From positions 30,858-94,857 of the forward strand of contig CARQVR010000006.1 in assembly GCA_949051815.1 (NCBI GenBank): a stretch of 64,000 bases of DNA, read 5' to 3'. Source of the stretch: an uncultured Lachnospiraceae bacterium. Its GTDB lineage: Bacteria > Bacillota > Clostridia > Lachnospirales > Lachnospiraceae. The notes below the pieces were generated by a model. That model saw only the letters and a program-made list of their open reading frames with translations, did not search any database and was not told the origin of the DNA. The stretch's first letter is position 1; each line of letters begins with the position of its first letter. Both the position numbers and the translations under genes were made by a program. Positions 38,908 to 48,739 of the stretch are shown here, piece after piece.

Positions 38908-39848
38908 TTGTATTCTCTCCTTTCCTGCTCAGGTAACCGCGAGCCGCCCGCCTTCACCCGCTCCATCTCCTCACAGACCTCATTAAAATCCGGAATACCC
39001 GGCGCCGCGCCGTGCCTGCCCACAGAAATGGCGCTCGCCATGGCCGCGTACTCCATCGTTTCCCTTGGCGGTCTGCCCGCCGCGATTCCGGCTAAAAAGT
39101 AGCCTGTGAAAGTGTCTCCCGCGCCTGTGGTGTCAACTGTCTTTGCCGGAAAAATTCCCTGAAAAAACGACTCTTTCCCGTCCACATAGCAGGAGCCTCT
39201 GCTACCCAGCGTCAGCACCAGAACAGTCTGTGGATATTTCTGCCGCAGCCTTTCCAGAATGATCTGCGCATCCTCCGCGTCCGTGTCCGCAAGCTGCCTG
39301 CCCTCCACCTCGTTGAGAATGAGATAGTCCACCTTCCGCAAATCGCACTGCCCGATGCCGCTTCCTATGGGGGAAGGGTTAAATACCACCGTCATCCCTT
39401 TCTCACTGCCCTGCTCTATGGCGTAGGCCACATTGGAAATCTCATTCTGTAAAAGAAGCATATCTCCCGGTTCAAAGTGCGACAAAACGCTGTCTATGTA
39501 CGCCGGCGTCACGTCGCTGTTGGCGCCCCCGAAGATGGTGATTTTATTCTGTCCCTCGGGATCCACATGTATCACCGCGTGGCCGGACGGCCTGCCGCTT
39601 TCCCTGATCAGTTCTGTCCGCACGCCCGCTGCCGCCAAAGTATCTGACAGGATGCCCCCGTCAGGCCCCACGCAGCCTGCATGATACACCTGCGCACCCG
39701 CCTTCGCCAGCGCAATGGACTGGTTCAGCCCCTTCCCGCCGCAAAACTCTCCGTAGGTTTTCGCCGGAATGGTTTCACCCGCCGCCGCGTAATGTTCTAC
39801 ACTGTATATTTTGTCAATATTCAGAGAACCGAGATTCAGAATTTTCAT
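38904..39848 (-). CDS. rbsK: Ribokinase (PfkB family)
   Basis: GSLNID, GGKGLNQ, QNEI, NEVE, DTTGAGDTF. Confidence 0.85.
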   Translation of the reverse strand: MKILNLGSLNIDKIYSVEHYAAAGETIPAKTYGEFCGGKGLNQSIALAKAGAQVYHAGCVGPDGGILSDTLAAAGVRTELIRESGRPSGHAVIHVDPEGQNKITIFGGANSDVTPAYIDSVLSHFEPGDMLLLQNEISNVAYAIEQGSEKGMTVVFNPSPIGSGIGQCDLRKVDYLILNEVEGRQLADTDAEDAQIILERLRQKYPQTVLVLTLGSRGSCYVDGKESFFQGIFPAKTVDTTGAGDTFTGYFLAGIAAGRPPRETMEYAAMASAISVGRHGAAPGIPDFNEVCEEMERVKAGGSRLPEQERREYK

Positions 39849-39907
39849 GTTTACCTCCATCTTCCACCTTTTGGGAAATTATTTTCCGAAACAGTTTTCT
39901 TGTTCAT

Positions 39908-39936
39908 AAGATACCATTGGCAGATGCCTTTGTCAA
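39908..39936 (-). promoter_or_regulatory. sigma-A promoter of the ribokinase/ARH/ABC operon
   Basis: TTGACA-17-TATCTT with extended TG. Confidence 0.65.
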
Positions 39937-40052
39937 CAACTTTTGTACATTTTACATAATTTCCCTTTTTTGTACGCCATCCACCTTTCCCCGCGCCCCT
40001 TTTCATTTCTCCTCTTTTCCCTTATAATGGACTCAAAAAGGAGGGCGGCGGT

Positions 40053-41945
40053 ATGAATATACGCGAGCTTGCGAAGCTGGCCGGTGTTTCGGCTTCCACG
40101 GTTTCCAAGATTATGAACAACAAGGACAGCAGCATAAGTCCCTCTACGAGAGAGCGCGTACTGCAAATTGCAAAACAGTACAATTACCAGTCATACTCTT
40201 CCCTGATCGAGAAGGGCACGACGACGCTGACGCTTGGCGTGGTGTTTCGCTCCGCCTCCACCATGAACCTGACTCTGGACGGCATTCTCCATGCCGCGCA
40301 GGAAGCCGGATATACCATTCTGCTCAGGGAGAGCGGCAATGACTCAGAACGGGAAGCCCAAAACCTTTCCGTGCTCTGCTCCCATCATGTGGACGGTCTG
40401 ATCTGGGAATTTGTGAACAAGGACAGCGAAAAAAACATACCGTTTCTTGAAAGACATGAGATTCCCACGGTTATTTTTCACTCGGAGCATGGAAATGCTG
40501 TCAATATAGACTATGAAGAGGCGGGGCGTCAGGCCGCCCTGACGCTGGTGAACGCCGGCCACACGGCCATCGCCTGTATCAATGCGCCGGTTCCCGGAAG
40601 GGAGGCTTTTACCAACGGCTATCAGAAGTGTCTGTTTGAAAACCATATTCCGCTGGATGAGGCGTTTATCTTTGCGCAGATCGACGGCCAGTTAATGCAG
40701 AAAATCGCGTCCCACACGATCAGCGGCGTAGTCAGCGCACACTACGAAACGGCGGCAAGACTGTACGACGCCGTCAGAAAGCTGCGCTACGAGCTGCCCT
40801 ACGACGTGTCCATTGTCTCCCTGCGGGATGAATCCATAACGCCGGATGTGCTGCGCCAGCTCTCCACCTTCACGATCCCCCACTATGCCTACGGAGAATA
40901 CCTGTGTGAAAGACTTGTGGGACAGATCGAACGGGGGGAAAATACGCCGCCCGCTTTCCGAAGGGCAATACAGCTTGACAGCGAAAGCACCGTGGGCATC
41001 CCGCATAACAGTCACTCCAAAAAGATCACGGTCGTAGGCAGCATCAATATCGACAACTATCTCAAGATGGACGCGCTGCCACGGACCGGCATGACCGTAA
41101 GCTCCTCCCTGTCCGCCTCCTATGTGGGCGGCAAGGCCATCAATCAGGCCATCGGCGCCGCCAGACTGGGACAGCGGGTTTCCGTGATCGGGCGGCTTGG
41201 AAACGACGTGGACTCCGACACTGTCTATCGGGCGTTAAACATGGCCGGCGTGGACTCTATGGGGGTGAAACGCTGTTCCGGGCACAAGACCGGTCAGGCC
41301 TATATTTTTGTACAGAGAGACGGCGATTCCATGATTTCCATTCTGTCGGGAGCCAACGCTACGCTGCTGCCGCAGGACATCAGGGAAGCCGGACGGGTAT
41401 TTGAAAACGCCGCCTTCTGCCTTGTGCAGACGGAAATCCCCATAGAAACCGTGGCGGAAACCTGCCGGATCGCCAGAAAACACGGCGCACAGACCATCCT
41501 GAAGCCCGTGGCCTGCGGCGAACTGCCCGCAGACCTTCTCCGCAATGTGGATATCCTCATTCCCAACAGGGCGGAGCTTGACGCCATCTGTCCTGCCGCC
41601 GGTGATTTAGAATCGCAGGCGGCGCAGCTTCTGGACGCGGGCGTCGGCACTGTCATCGTGACGCTCGGCACAGAAGGGTGTTTTCTAAAGACAGCGCAGG
41701 AAAGCGCGTATTTCCCTGCCGTCCCCTTCGATGTGGTGGACGCCTCGGGCGCGGCGGACGCGTTTATCAGCGCGCTTGCCTCCTATCTGCTGGAGGAACG
41801 TTCTCTGCACACAGCCATCAGAATCGCCTCCTATGCGGCCGGTTTTACGATCTCGAGGGAAGGCGTGACCTCGTCGCTGGTGGACAAGAATACGCTGGAA
41901 TCCTTTATAATGCAGAGGGAACCGGAGCTTTTACAGATTAATTGA
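40053..41945 (+). CDS. LacI-family regulator fused to a C-terminal ribokinase-like (PfkB) domain
   Basis: NIRELAKLAGVSASTVS HTH, sugar-binding core, then GSINID, GGKAINQA and DASGAADAF. Confidence 0.88.
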   Translation: MNIRELAKLAGVSASTVSKIMNNKDSSISPSTRERVLQIAKQYNYQSYSSLIEKGTTTLTLGVVFRSASTMNLTLDGILHAAQEAGYTILLRESGNDSEREAQNLSVLCSHHVDGLIWEFVNKDSEKNIPFLERHEIPTVIFHSEHGNAVNIDYEEAGRQAALTLVNAGHTAIACINAPVPGREAFTNGYQKCLFENHIPLDEAFIFAQIDGQLMQKIASHTISGVVSAHYETAARLYDAVRKLRYELPYDVSIVSLRDESITPDVLRQLSTFTIPHYAYGEYLCERLVGQIERGENTPPAFRRAIQLDSESTVGIPHNSHSKKITVVGSINIDNYLKMDALPRTGMTVSSSLSASYVGGKAINQAIGAARLGQRVSVIGRLGNDVDSDTVYRALNMAGVDSMGVKRCSGHKTGQAYIFVQRDGDSMISILSGANATLLPQDIREAGRVFENAAFCLVQTEIPIETVAETCRIARKHGAQTILKPVACGELPADLLRNVDILIPNRAELDAICPAAGDLESQAAQLLDAGVGTVIVTLGTEGCFLKTAQESAYFPAVPFDVVDASGAADAFISALASYLLEERSLHTAIRIASYAAGFTISREGVTSSLVDKNTLESFIMQREPELLQIN

Positions 41946-41989
41946 TTCGTGAAAATAAATGGTAACAGAAGGAGGATTATAAAAAGAAT

Positions 41990-43393
41990 ATGTTTCAGAA
42001 GAAATATTTAACGATCCTGCTGACAGCCTCTTTGCTGGCTGCCGGCGTCAGCGCATGTGGCGCCGAAGACAATTCCGATACAGATGACAGGCTTGAAATT
42101 ACGGACATTACGGATGACGATAAATCCGCCGGAGCGGAAGACACAGCACCGCAGGACGGGACGGCAGACGAAACTCCGGGTGACGGGGCTTCATCCGGAA
42201 CAGAATCTGACACAGATGTCATATCCGATGTGTCCGATGCCGGAGAACAGGAAAATCCCATCTCCGTCACTTTCAAGGAAACCTTCGACGAAGTCAAGGG
42301 AGACGATGGCACAGTCATTTTCACAAGCGGCACACAACGCCCCGTCGTGCGCATCAAAGGCGCAGAGGATATCGCCGAAAAAATCAACGCGGATATCGCG
42401 ACATACTACGACACCTTCTCCTTTGACGAAACGCTCTCCATGGCAAAGGAAGACTACGCGGCAAGTCTCGGCGAGGACGGATGGAACTTCATCGGCTACA
42501 GCTCGGAAATCAACGCGAAGGTGACACGCATGGATGAGTCCGTGATTGCCTTCGAGATCACTGTTTCCGACTTCACCGGCGGCGCCCACGGCAACTACGG
42601 CTCCATCGGAAAAAACTACAGCGCGAAAACAGGGGCGCTTCTCGCTCTCGATGAGATCAGTGAAGACTACGAAGCCTTTCACGCCACAGCTCTGGATTAT
42701 ATGGTCAATCTGGCTGAGACACCCGCCTATAAGGATAAACTGTTCGGCCCGCCTTCCAAAGATGATCTGGACAGCACGCTGTTTCAGCCGGAGAGCTGGG
42801 TATTTACCAAAAGCGGCATCAGCTTTTTAGCCGGTCCCTATGCCCTCGGCCCCTACGCTTCCGGGGAAATTTACTTCCGGCTGCCCTACGAAAAAGCCTG
42901 TGATCTCGGATTAAAGGAGGACTACCGCTACGACGGCAATTTCGTGGATGAGCGAAACTATATCTACAAATACGACCCGGAAACTTTTGAGCCGGTTGTG
43001 GACGGCACGCCCGACTGTTATTTTGATTTGGACGGGGACGGCACGGAGGAAGGACTGGCCTTTTACGGTCAGGTCGCAGATCCGGAAACCGGTGACAGCA
43101 GAAAAGCTTTCTATATCGACGGGAAAGATTACGGTGATGTCATAGATGACGAGCTGCAGAATATAGAGGACAACGGCTATCTGGCGGACACTTATGCCCT
43201 GTATCACGCCGACGCCCCGGACGGGGGTGTTCCGGCGATTGCCGTGCTATTCACGGAATTTGGCGACGGGACAGCGCCTGACGGCAGTCAGATCAGCCAT
43301 CCCCGCTCCTTTATTTTCGGTTACACGAAAGAGCAGGGCCTGTACTATATGTACCGGGAAGATGGCTTTGTCACCCTGCCAAAGCAGCCCTGA
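41990..43393 (+). CDS. Acidic lipoprotein, DUF4163/DUF3298 (RsiV-like) domain
   Basis: Lipobox VSAC, TGGAHGN, PYALGPYASG. Confidence 0.7.
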   Translation: MFQKKYLTILLTASLLAAGVSACGAEDNSDTDDRLEITDITDDDKSAGAEDTAPQDGTADETPGDGASSGTESDTDVISDVSDAGEQENPISVTFKETFDEVKGDDGTVIFTSGTQRPVVRIKGAEDIAEKINADIATYYDTFSFDETLSMAKEDYAASLGEDGWNFIGYSSEINAKVTRMDESVIAFEITVSDFTGGAHGNYGSIGKNYSAKTGALLALDEISEDYEAFHATALDYMVNLAETPAYKDKLFGPPSKDDLDSTLFQPESWVFTKSGISFLAGPYALGPYASGEIYFRLPYEKACDLGLKEDYRYDGNFVDERNYIYKYDPETFEPVVDGTPDCYFDLDGDGTEEGLAFYGQVADPETGDSRKAFYIDGKDYGDVIDDELQNIEDNGYLADTYALYHADAPDGGVPAIAVLFTEFGDGTAPDGSQISHPRSFIFGYTKEQGLYYMYREDGFVTLPKQP

Positions 43394-43473
43394 CAGCCAG
43401 CATCTTCCAGCCATTTGCCTGACGCTAAGAGCCTGATGCCACGGGCCTGACTCCACGCCCAGCTGACAATCCG

Positions 43474-44589
43474 TTACCCAAGACAGGCTGCCAGTGCTTC
43501 CGCGATCTCAGCCGCCTCCTGCGCCGGATAAAACAGCCGCGCGGAGGCTTCCAGCGCGATCCCGGTAATCTTTTCCTTTTTCAGATAAAACTCTACTTCT
43601 GAGGGAGACATTTCGTTCTCCCTCTCTTTCCATGTCTGAATCAGATCGTTCAGCTTCCGGAAATGGGCCATCAGCGACCCGAACTCCTGTATACGGTCGA
43701 TGGTGCCGCTTCCGTAAGCCTGCCGTTCCAGCTCGGATACCGCAATTACCTGCATGGACATCTTCAACTCTCCCGTAATGTCAGATGCTTCCATCAGCAC
43801 ATCCGGCCGCTTCTCCAGACATGCCAGCATATATGCCTTCGCCCCGGCAATGTCCTTTTGCAGGAAGAACGCCGCCAGCCGTTCCTTGATCTCCGCCGTC
43901 TCCCGTTTCTCGTCGGTCATGCCCACCTTGCACTCACAGACCTTAAGTCCCTGTACCTGCGTCCAGACATAGAGCAGAAATTCCGAGATAAAGCCGTAAA
44001 CCCGCTTGTGATAGTCGTCGTACCCGGAAGCGTCGATCTTTTCTTCCGCTTTTTCAAAAATTCCAAAAAGCCACTCGCTGTAGGCGTCGTAGATCTCCTT
44101 TTTACACACGATCATATTGCCAAAGTACGTGCCCTTGCTATGTACCAGCCGCTCAAACGTCTCATGGTACGCGGGGTAAAACTGCCGGATCACCTCTCCC
44201 ACAGCTTCCAGATCGTGTATATTGTAATCTCCGGCATACCCTTCATAATAAGTAAAGTTTAACTTTAACTTTTTCGAGGTAATGATGTCATACGCCGAGA
44301 GGATTTCTTCGTAATCCCTCCCGGTGAGAATCCGCCCCTCCTCCGTGCAGAAATACCGGCGGTAGTGGCAGACCCCCACATAACCGGTGGTTTTTATGTT
44401 TTTCCACACCCAGTATACGCCCGTCAGTTCCCCATAATAGCAGTTCTTTTCCGAAATACTGACACCAGTGTCATCTCCTATATATCCCAGATCCTCCGAT
44501 CCGGCCCTGCCCACCTGTAACGGCACATAGATGGGATCGCCGGGCGTCGGAAACTTTTTGTGGGTCATAGTAAAAATTGTCACGCTCAT
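43474..44589 (-). CDS. DUF4422-family glycosyltransferase-like protein
   Basis: THK, GDDTG.SIS.KN..YGELT..YW.WKN, CHYRRYF, GFISE. Confidence 0.75.
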   Translation of the reverse strand: MSVTIFTMTHKKFPTPGDPIYVPLQVGRAGSEDLGYIGDDTGVSISEKNCYYGELTGVYWVWKNIKTTGYVGVCHYRRYFCTEEGRILTGRDYEEILSAYDIITSKKLKLNFTYYEGYAGDYNIHDLEAVGEVIRQFYPAYHETFERLVHSKGTYFGNMIVCKKEIYDAYSEWLFGIFEKAEEKIDASGYDDYHKRVYGFISEFLLYVWTQVQGLKVCECKVGMTDEKRETAEIKERLAAFFLQKDIAGAKAYMLACLEKRPDVLMEASDITGELKMSMQVIAVSELERQAYGSGTIDRIQEFGSLMAHFRKLNDLIQTWKERENEMSPSEVEFYLKKEKITGIALEASARLFYPAQEAAEIAEALAACLG

Positions 44590-44647
44590 CCTGTATACCC
44601 CGCTAAACCTGTCAAACGCCTGCGCTGTCATAAAGTTCCTGCTCTGC

Positions 44648-46024
44648 TTATCCTCTCTGCTGCGGCGATTCCGCGCAAGCCTCTCCCGGCTTCAACATCC
44701 GCTGCATTTTCCTGCGCACATAGAAAAAGGCCGGAATCAGGAAAATATCCGCAAAAATCCATGCCAGCGGATTCGCAAAACGCACTGCGCTGAATCCAAA
44801 CTGCGGCACAAGCAAAAAGCCTGCCAGCGCTCTCGCCAGCATCTCAAACGCCCCCGCAAAAACCGCCAGCCTGCTGAACCCCATTCCCTGAATCAGAAAG
44901 CGGACGATATTCACAAGCGCAAGCGGGAAATAAAACACCGCATTCATCTGTATAAAGGAGTAGGCGTTGGCGATGATCTGCGTCTCCCCCGCATCCAGAA
45001 ACAGTAAGAGAAGCTGTTTCCCGAACAGAAATACCGCACCCAGACCAATCAGGGAATAAATCAGCCCTAACAGCGTACAGCTCTTAAGTCCCCTGTCCAC
45101 GCGCTCCAGATCCCCGGCGCCCACATTCTGTCCGCCGTAAGTGGCCATGGTGGATCCCATGGCGTCAAAAGGGCAGACCAGAAGCATACTCACCTTACCG
45201 CCTGCTGTCACCGCCGCAACAGCGTTGGAGTCAATGCCGTTCACCGCGCTCTGCAAAATCACACTGCCGATAGCTGTGATCGAATACTGCAGTCCCATAG
45301 GAATGCCCATATTGCACAGCTTCGCCGCATAGTCCCTGTCCCATCTGCGCTCATCCGCGGACAGCTTCAATATCGTAAACTTTTTGCGCATATAAATCAG
45401 GCAGGCAAAACCCGCGATGGCCTGCGATACCACCGTAGCTACCGCCGCACCGGCCACCCCCATGGGAATAACCACAATGCAGAACACATCGAGAAAGATA
45501 TTCAAAACCGCCGCCGTCACGAGAAACACAACCGGCGTCCTGCTGTCCCCCAGAGACCGCAGAATGGCCGCCGTCATATTATAGAGGAACACCACAGGTA
45601 TGCCAAGAAAAATAATAATTATGTAGTCGTAAGATCCGTCGATGATGTTGGCGGGCGTGCGCATAAGCAGCAGGATCTGACGGCACAGCAAAGATACCAC
45701 GGTCGTGACCAGCACGGAAAAAATCACGGACAGCCACACACTGTTCGCCACAAACCGGCGAAGCGCCTCCTCATGCTTCGCGCCGTACTCCTGCGCAATC
45801 GGAATGCCGAAGCCGCTGCATATGCCCATGCAGAATCCGATAATCAGGAAATTGACGGAGCCTGTCGCTCCCACCGCCGCCAGTGCGTCCACCCCCAGAT
45901 AATGTCCCACAATAATCGCATCCACCATGCTGTAGAACTGCTGGAAAACCAGCCCGAACAAAAGAGGCACGGCAAAGCCCAGAATCAGCCTCATAGGGCT
46001 CCCCTTCGTCATATCTTTTTCCAT
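44648..46024 (-). CDS. MATE family efflux transporter
   Basis: DMTKGSP, QQFYSMVD, LRSLGDSRTP, GQNVGAG. Confidence 0.92.
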   Translation of the reverse strand: MEKDMTKGSPMRLILGFAVPLLFGLVFQQFYSMVDAIIVGHYLGVDALAAVGATGSVNFLIIGFCMGICSGFGIPIAQEYGAKHEEALRRFVANSVWLSVIFSVLVTTVVSLLCRQILLLMRTPANIIDGSYDYIIIIFLGIPVVFLYNMTAAILRSLGDSRTPVVFLVTAAVLNIFLDVFCIVVIPMGVAGAAVATVVSQAIAGFACLIYMRKKFTILKLSADERRWDRDYAAKLCNMGIPMGLQYSITAIGSVILQSAVNGIDSNAVAAVTAGGKVSMLLVCPFDAMGSTMATYGGQNVGAGDLERVDRGLKSCTLLGLIYSLIGLGAVFLFGKQLLLLFLDAGETQIIANAYSFIQMNAVFYFPLALVNIVRFLIQGMGFSRLAVFAGAFEMLARALAGFLLVPQFGFSAVRFANPLAWIFADIFLIPAFFYVRRKMQRMLKPGEACAESPQQRG

Positions 46025-46138
46025 AATAAAAAACTCCTCCCTTTTCCTCCCCCATTGCGACGATTGTATCACACTGTTATGAAAACACAAGCGTTTATTT
46101 TAGAAAAAACAAAAAAATTTTAAAGTTGGGAAAACCGA

Positions 46139-46167
46139 TTGACAGGCGAAAAAGAATGTATTAAGAT
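46139..46167 (+). promoter_or_regulatory. sigma-A promoter of the second MATE gene
   Basis: TTGACA-17-TAAGAT. Confidence 0.7.
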
Positions 46168-46202
46168 GTTATCACTTTACGCAAAAAACGGAGGGGTTTT
46201 CC

Positions 46203-47558
46203 ATGCAGGGCACAACCGCAAAAGATAACTTTTATCATAAGATGCTAAAGCTGGTAATTCCGATTGTCATTCAGAATCTCTTAAGCGCCGCCGTAAGCTC
46301 TGCGGACGTGGTGATGTTAAACTATGTGGGGCAGTCCTCCATCTCCGCCGTATCGCTGGCCGCCAATTATGCCAGCGTTCTCTTTATGATCTATTACGGT
46401 CTGGGAACGGGCGCCACTATGCTGAGTGCGCAGTATTGGGGAAAGGGCGATCTGCAGCCGATCCGCGCCATTCAGGGAATCGCCATGCGTTTTTCCCTGA
46501 TTATATCCCTCGCTTTCTCCGGCTTCGCCTTCTTTGCGCCGGAGCTTTTGATGCGGCTTTTCACCAATGACGCGGCGCTTATCACAATCGGCGCCGGATA
46601 TCTGCGCGTGATGGCAGTCACCTACCTGTGCTGGGGCATTATAGAAGTGTATCTGGCGATCCTTAGAAGTATCGGCCGGGTCACCGTCTGCATGGTATTA
46701 AATGTCATGGCATTTACCCTGAATATCTTCCTGAACGCCGTGTTTATCTTCGGGCTTTTCGGCGCACCGCAGCTTGGCGCCACCGGCGTGGCCATCGCCA
46801 CCGCTCTGTCCCGTGTCATAGAACTGCTCGGCTGTATCGTGGTATCCATATGCAGCAGGGACATCAAACTCAATCCCGGTTACATGTTCCTGCGCAACAA
46901 ACTGTTGTTTCAGGACTTTCTCCGGCTCTCCCTGCCTGCCCTTGGCAACGACATCGCATGGAGCGTGGCCTTTTCCATGTACTCCGTGATTCTGGGGCAC
47001 ATGGGTTCCGACGCGGTGGCCGCCAATTCTCTTGTGGTTGTCGTCAGAAATTTCGGCACCGTACTCTGCTTCGGCACCGCCAGCGCAGGCGGCATCCTGC
47101 TTGGCAATGTGATGGGAGAAGGGGACATGGAACATGCCAAAGTGTACGCCTCCAGGCTGATGAAGCTCACTGTTATCACCGGCGCCATCGGCGGCGCGCT
47201 TGTGCTGGCCGCTACCCCCTTTGTGCTGCATTTTGCCAAACTTTCCGAAACAGCCATGCACTATCTGAAATATATGCTGCTCATCAACACCTACTACATC
47301 ATGGGAGCCGCCGTCAACACCACCCTGATCGCGGGCGTGTTCCGCGCAGGCGGCGACAGCCGTTTCGGCCTGATCTGCGACGTGATCGACATGTGGGTCT
47401 ACGCGGTGCCGCTCGGTTTTCTCGCGGCCTTCGTTTTCAAACTTCCCGTTCTCTGGGTGTACTTTCTGCTGTGCACCGACGAGTTCGTCAAATGGCCCTG
47501 GGTGATCAGACACTATCGCAGCGGCAAGTGGCTGAAAAACATAACGAGAGAGTTTTGA
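46203..47558 (+). CDS. MATE family efflux transporter
   Basis: AQYWGKGD, GATGVAIAT, FRAGGD; about 12 TMs. Confidence 0.92.
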   Translation: MQGTTAKDNFYHKMLKLVIPIVIQNLLSAAVSSADVVMLNYVGQSSISAVSLAANYASVLFMIYYGLGTGATMLSAQYWGKGDLQPIRAIQGIAMRFSLIISLAFSGFAFFAPELLMRLFTNDAALITIGAGYLRVMAVTYLCWGIIEVYLAILRSIGRVTVCMVLNVMAFTLNIFLNAVFIFGLFGAPQLGATGVAIATALSRVIELLGCIVVSICSRDIKLNPGYMFLRNKLLFQDFLRLSLPALGNDIAWSVAFSMYSVILGHMGSDAVAANSLVVVVRNFGTVLCFGTASAGGILLGNVMGEGDMEHAKVYASRLMKLTVITGAIGGALVLAATPFVLHFAKLSETAMHYLKYMLLINTYYIMGAAVNTTLIAGVFRAGGDSRFGLICDVIDMWVYAVPLGFLAAFVFKLPVLWVYFLLCTDEFVKWPWVIRHYRSGKWLKNITREF

Positions 47559-48055
47559 AACTCTTTCCTGCTGCATACGTCCATCTTCTGGTAAATGTGG
47601 GACACATGCTTCTTAACCGTCGTCTCGGCGATGTAAAGCGCCTCGCCGATCTGTCTGTTGGTGTAGCCTCTGTAGAGAAGCCATGCCACCTCCAGCTCCC
47701 GCTCCGAAAGCGCACAGGATTCCATCGCAATCAGAAAATTCGCATAAATCTCCTCATAACTTCGCGGTGTCTGCATGGCCGCATCTGTAAAAGTCTGCCC
47801 CGCATCTGTTTCTGCCGTCGTCCCTTGCTCTCTCCGGTCTGCTTCCGGATTTTCTTTCCATTTTGCAATCTGATCCGTCACACGGAGATAGCGCGCCAGA
47901 ACCACCGCCAGCGCCACGCCGAGAAACAGCGTTCCCAGCACAGCGGCCTTCCACTCCCGCCTGCCGCCGAACACATCCGCCTGATACAAGAGCAGCGTCG
48001 TCAGAAGGCAGACATAACCGCCTCCCAAAAACGCCCGAAGCAGCCGCTTCCTCAT
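47513..48055 (-). CDS. Membrane-anchored LuxR/NarL-type HTH regulator
   Basis: Two N-terminal TMs and LSERELEVA..L.RGYTNRQIGEALYIAETTVKKHVSHIYQK. Confidence 0.85.
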   Translation of the reverse strand: MRKRLLRAFLGGGYVCLLTTLLLYQADVFGGRREWKAAVLGTLFLGVALAVVLARYLRVTDQIAKWKENPEADRREQGTTAETDAGQTFTDAAMQTPRSYEEIYANFLIAMESCALSERELEVAWLLYRGYTNRQIGEALYIAETTVKKHVSHIYQKMDVCSRKEFQNSLVMFFSHLPLR

Positions 48056-48591
48056 ATCCGCCCTTCCTCTGTATTTTCTTTCTCCGCCGTTTCATTCCCT
48101 TTTTCCGCTGCGTTTTCCTCCTCCGTATCTACTCCCATATAATCAATAATCCGGCGTTTCGCTTCCAACTGCAGGGGCAGAAGCAGCATCTCAAATATCA
48201 TGGCATACAGCATCGTCAAAATCGCCACCGACAGATTAGGGCCGAGGCTTGCCGGATCGGACAACCGCCTGAAAATGGTAATCAGCGTCAAAAGCACACA
48301 GACCACGCCCGCATAGAGCACCTGTTTCTGCATCATTTCCACCACGTCCAGCGCCCGCCGCACTTCGTCCAGATGACAGGTATAATCCTTTTTCAAAAGC
48401 CGCCACGCTCTCTTAAAATCCTTCCACACGCCGCCCTTAAACAGCACCGGCACCGTAAATACCAGCATAATAATAAGGGATGGTATATCTATCAGATATG
48501 TCAGCCGGACCAGCTCAATCCCTCCGTACCCGTAATCTACCGCTCCTAACAGGACAATACCCAAAAATATACTGATAATTTCCATAGTCAT
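48052..48591 (-). CDS. Short MotA/PomA-like membrane protein
   Basis: IDIPSLII (TM2-like) and LSDPASLGPNLSVAILTMLYA...LLPL (TM3-4-like). GAGGAG precedes ATG 48591. Confidence 0.7.
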   Translation of the reverse strand: MTMEIISIFLGIVLLGAVDYGYGGIELVRLTYLIDIPSLIIMLVFTVPVLFKGGVWKDFKRAWRLLKKDYTCHLDEVRRALDVVEMMQKQVLYAGVVCVLLTLITIFRRLSDPASLGPNLSVAILTMLYAMIFEMLLLPLQLEAKRRIIDYMGVDTEEENAAEKGNETAEKENTEEGRI

Positions 48592-48639
48592 ATGACACCG
48601 CTCCTCTCTCTCCGGTTCTTTTACTTTACGTCTACCTGC

Positions 48640-48695
48640 ATCATACCCAAAAAACAGTAAAAATGCCATACTACTTATCACCTGAAAAGTAGTAT
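48640..48695 (-). promoter_or_regulatory. Promoter with 9-bp inverted-repeat operator
   Basis: ATACTACTT-N10-AAGTAGTAT (48668-48695) abuts a weak -35 TGGCAT. The -10 is TATGAT at 48640-48645. Confidence 0.55.
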
Positions 48696-48739
48696 TTTCA
48701 CAAAATGGAAAAGAGCCTGCCCCCGGCAAGCTCCGATTT

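Noticed and set aside
43417..43458. Three degenerate 14-bp units starting GCCTGA between convergent genes
   Set aside because: Too short and degenerate to assign a function, and not in a promoter position.
46850..48142. Long alternative-frame ORFs (also 56391-57341, 57648-58871, 31162-32097)
   Set aside because: These are shadow ORFs expected from GC-rich codon usage, and they overlap well-supported genes.
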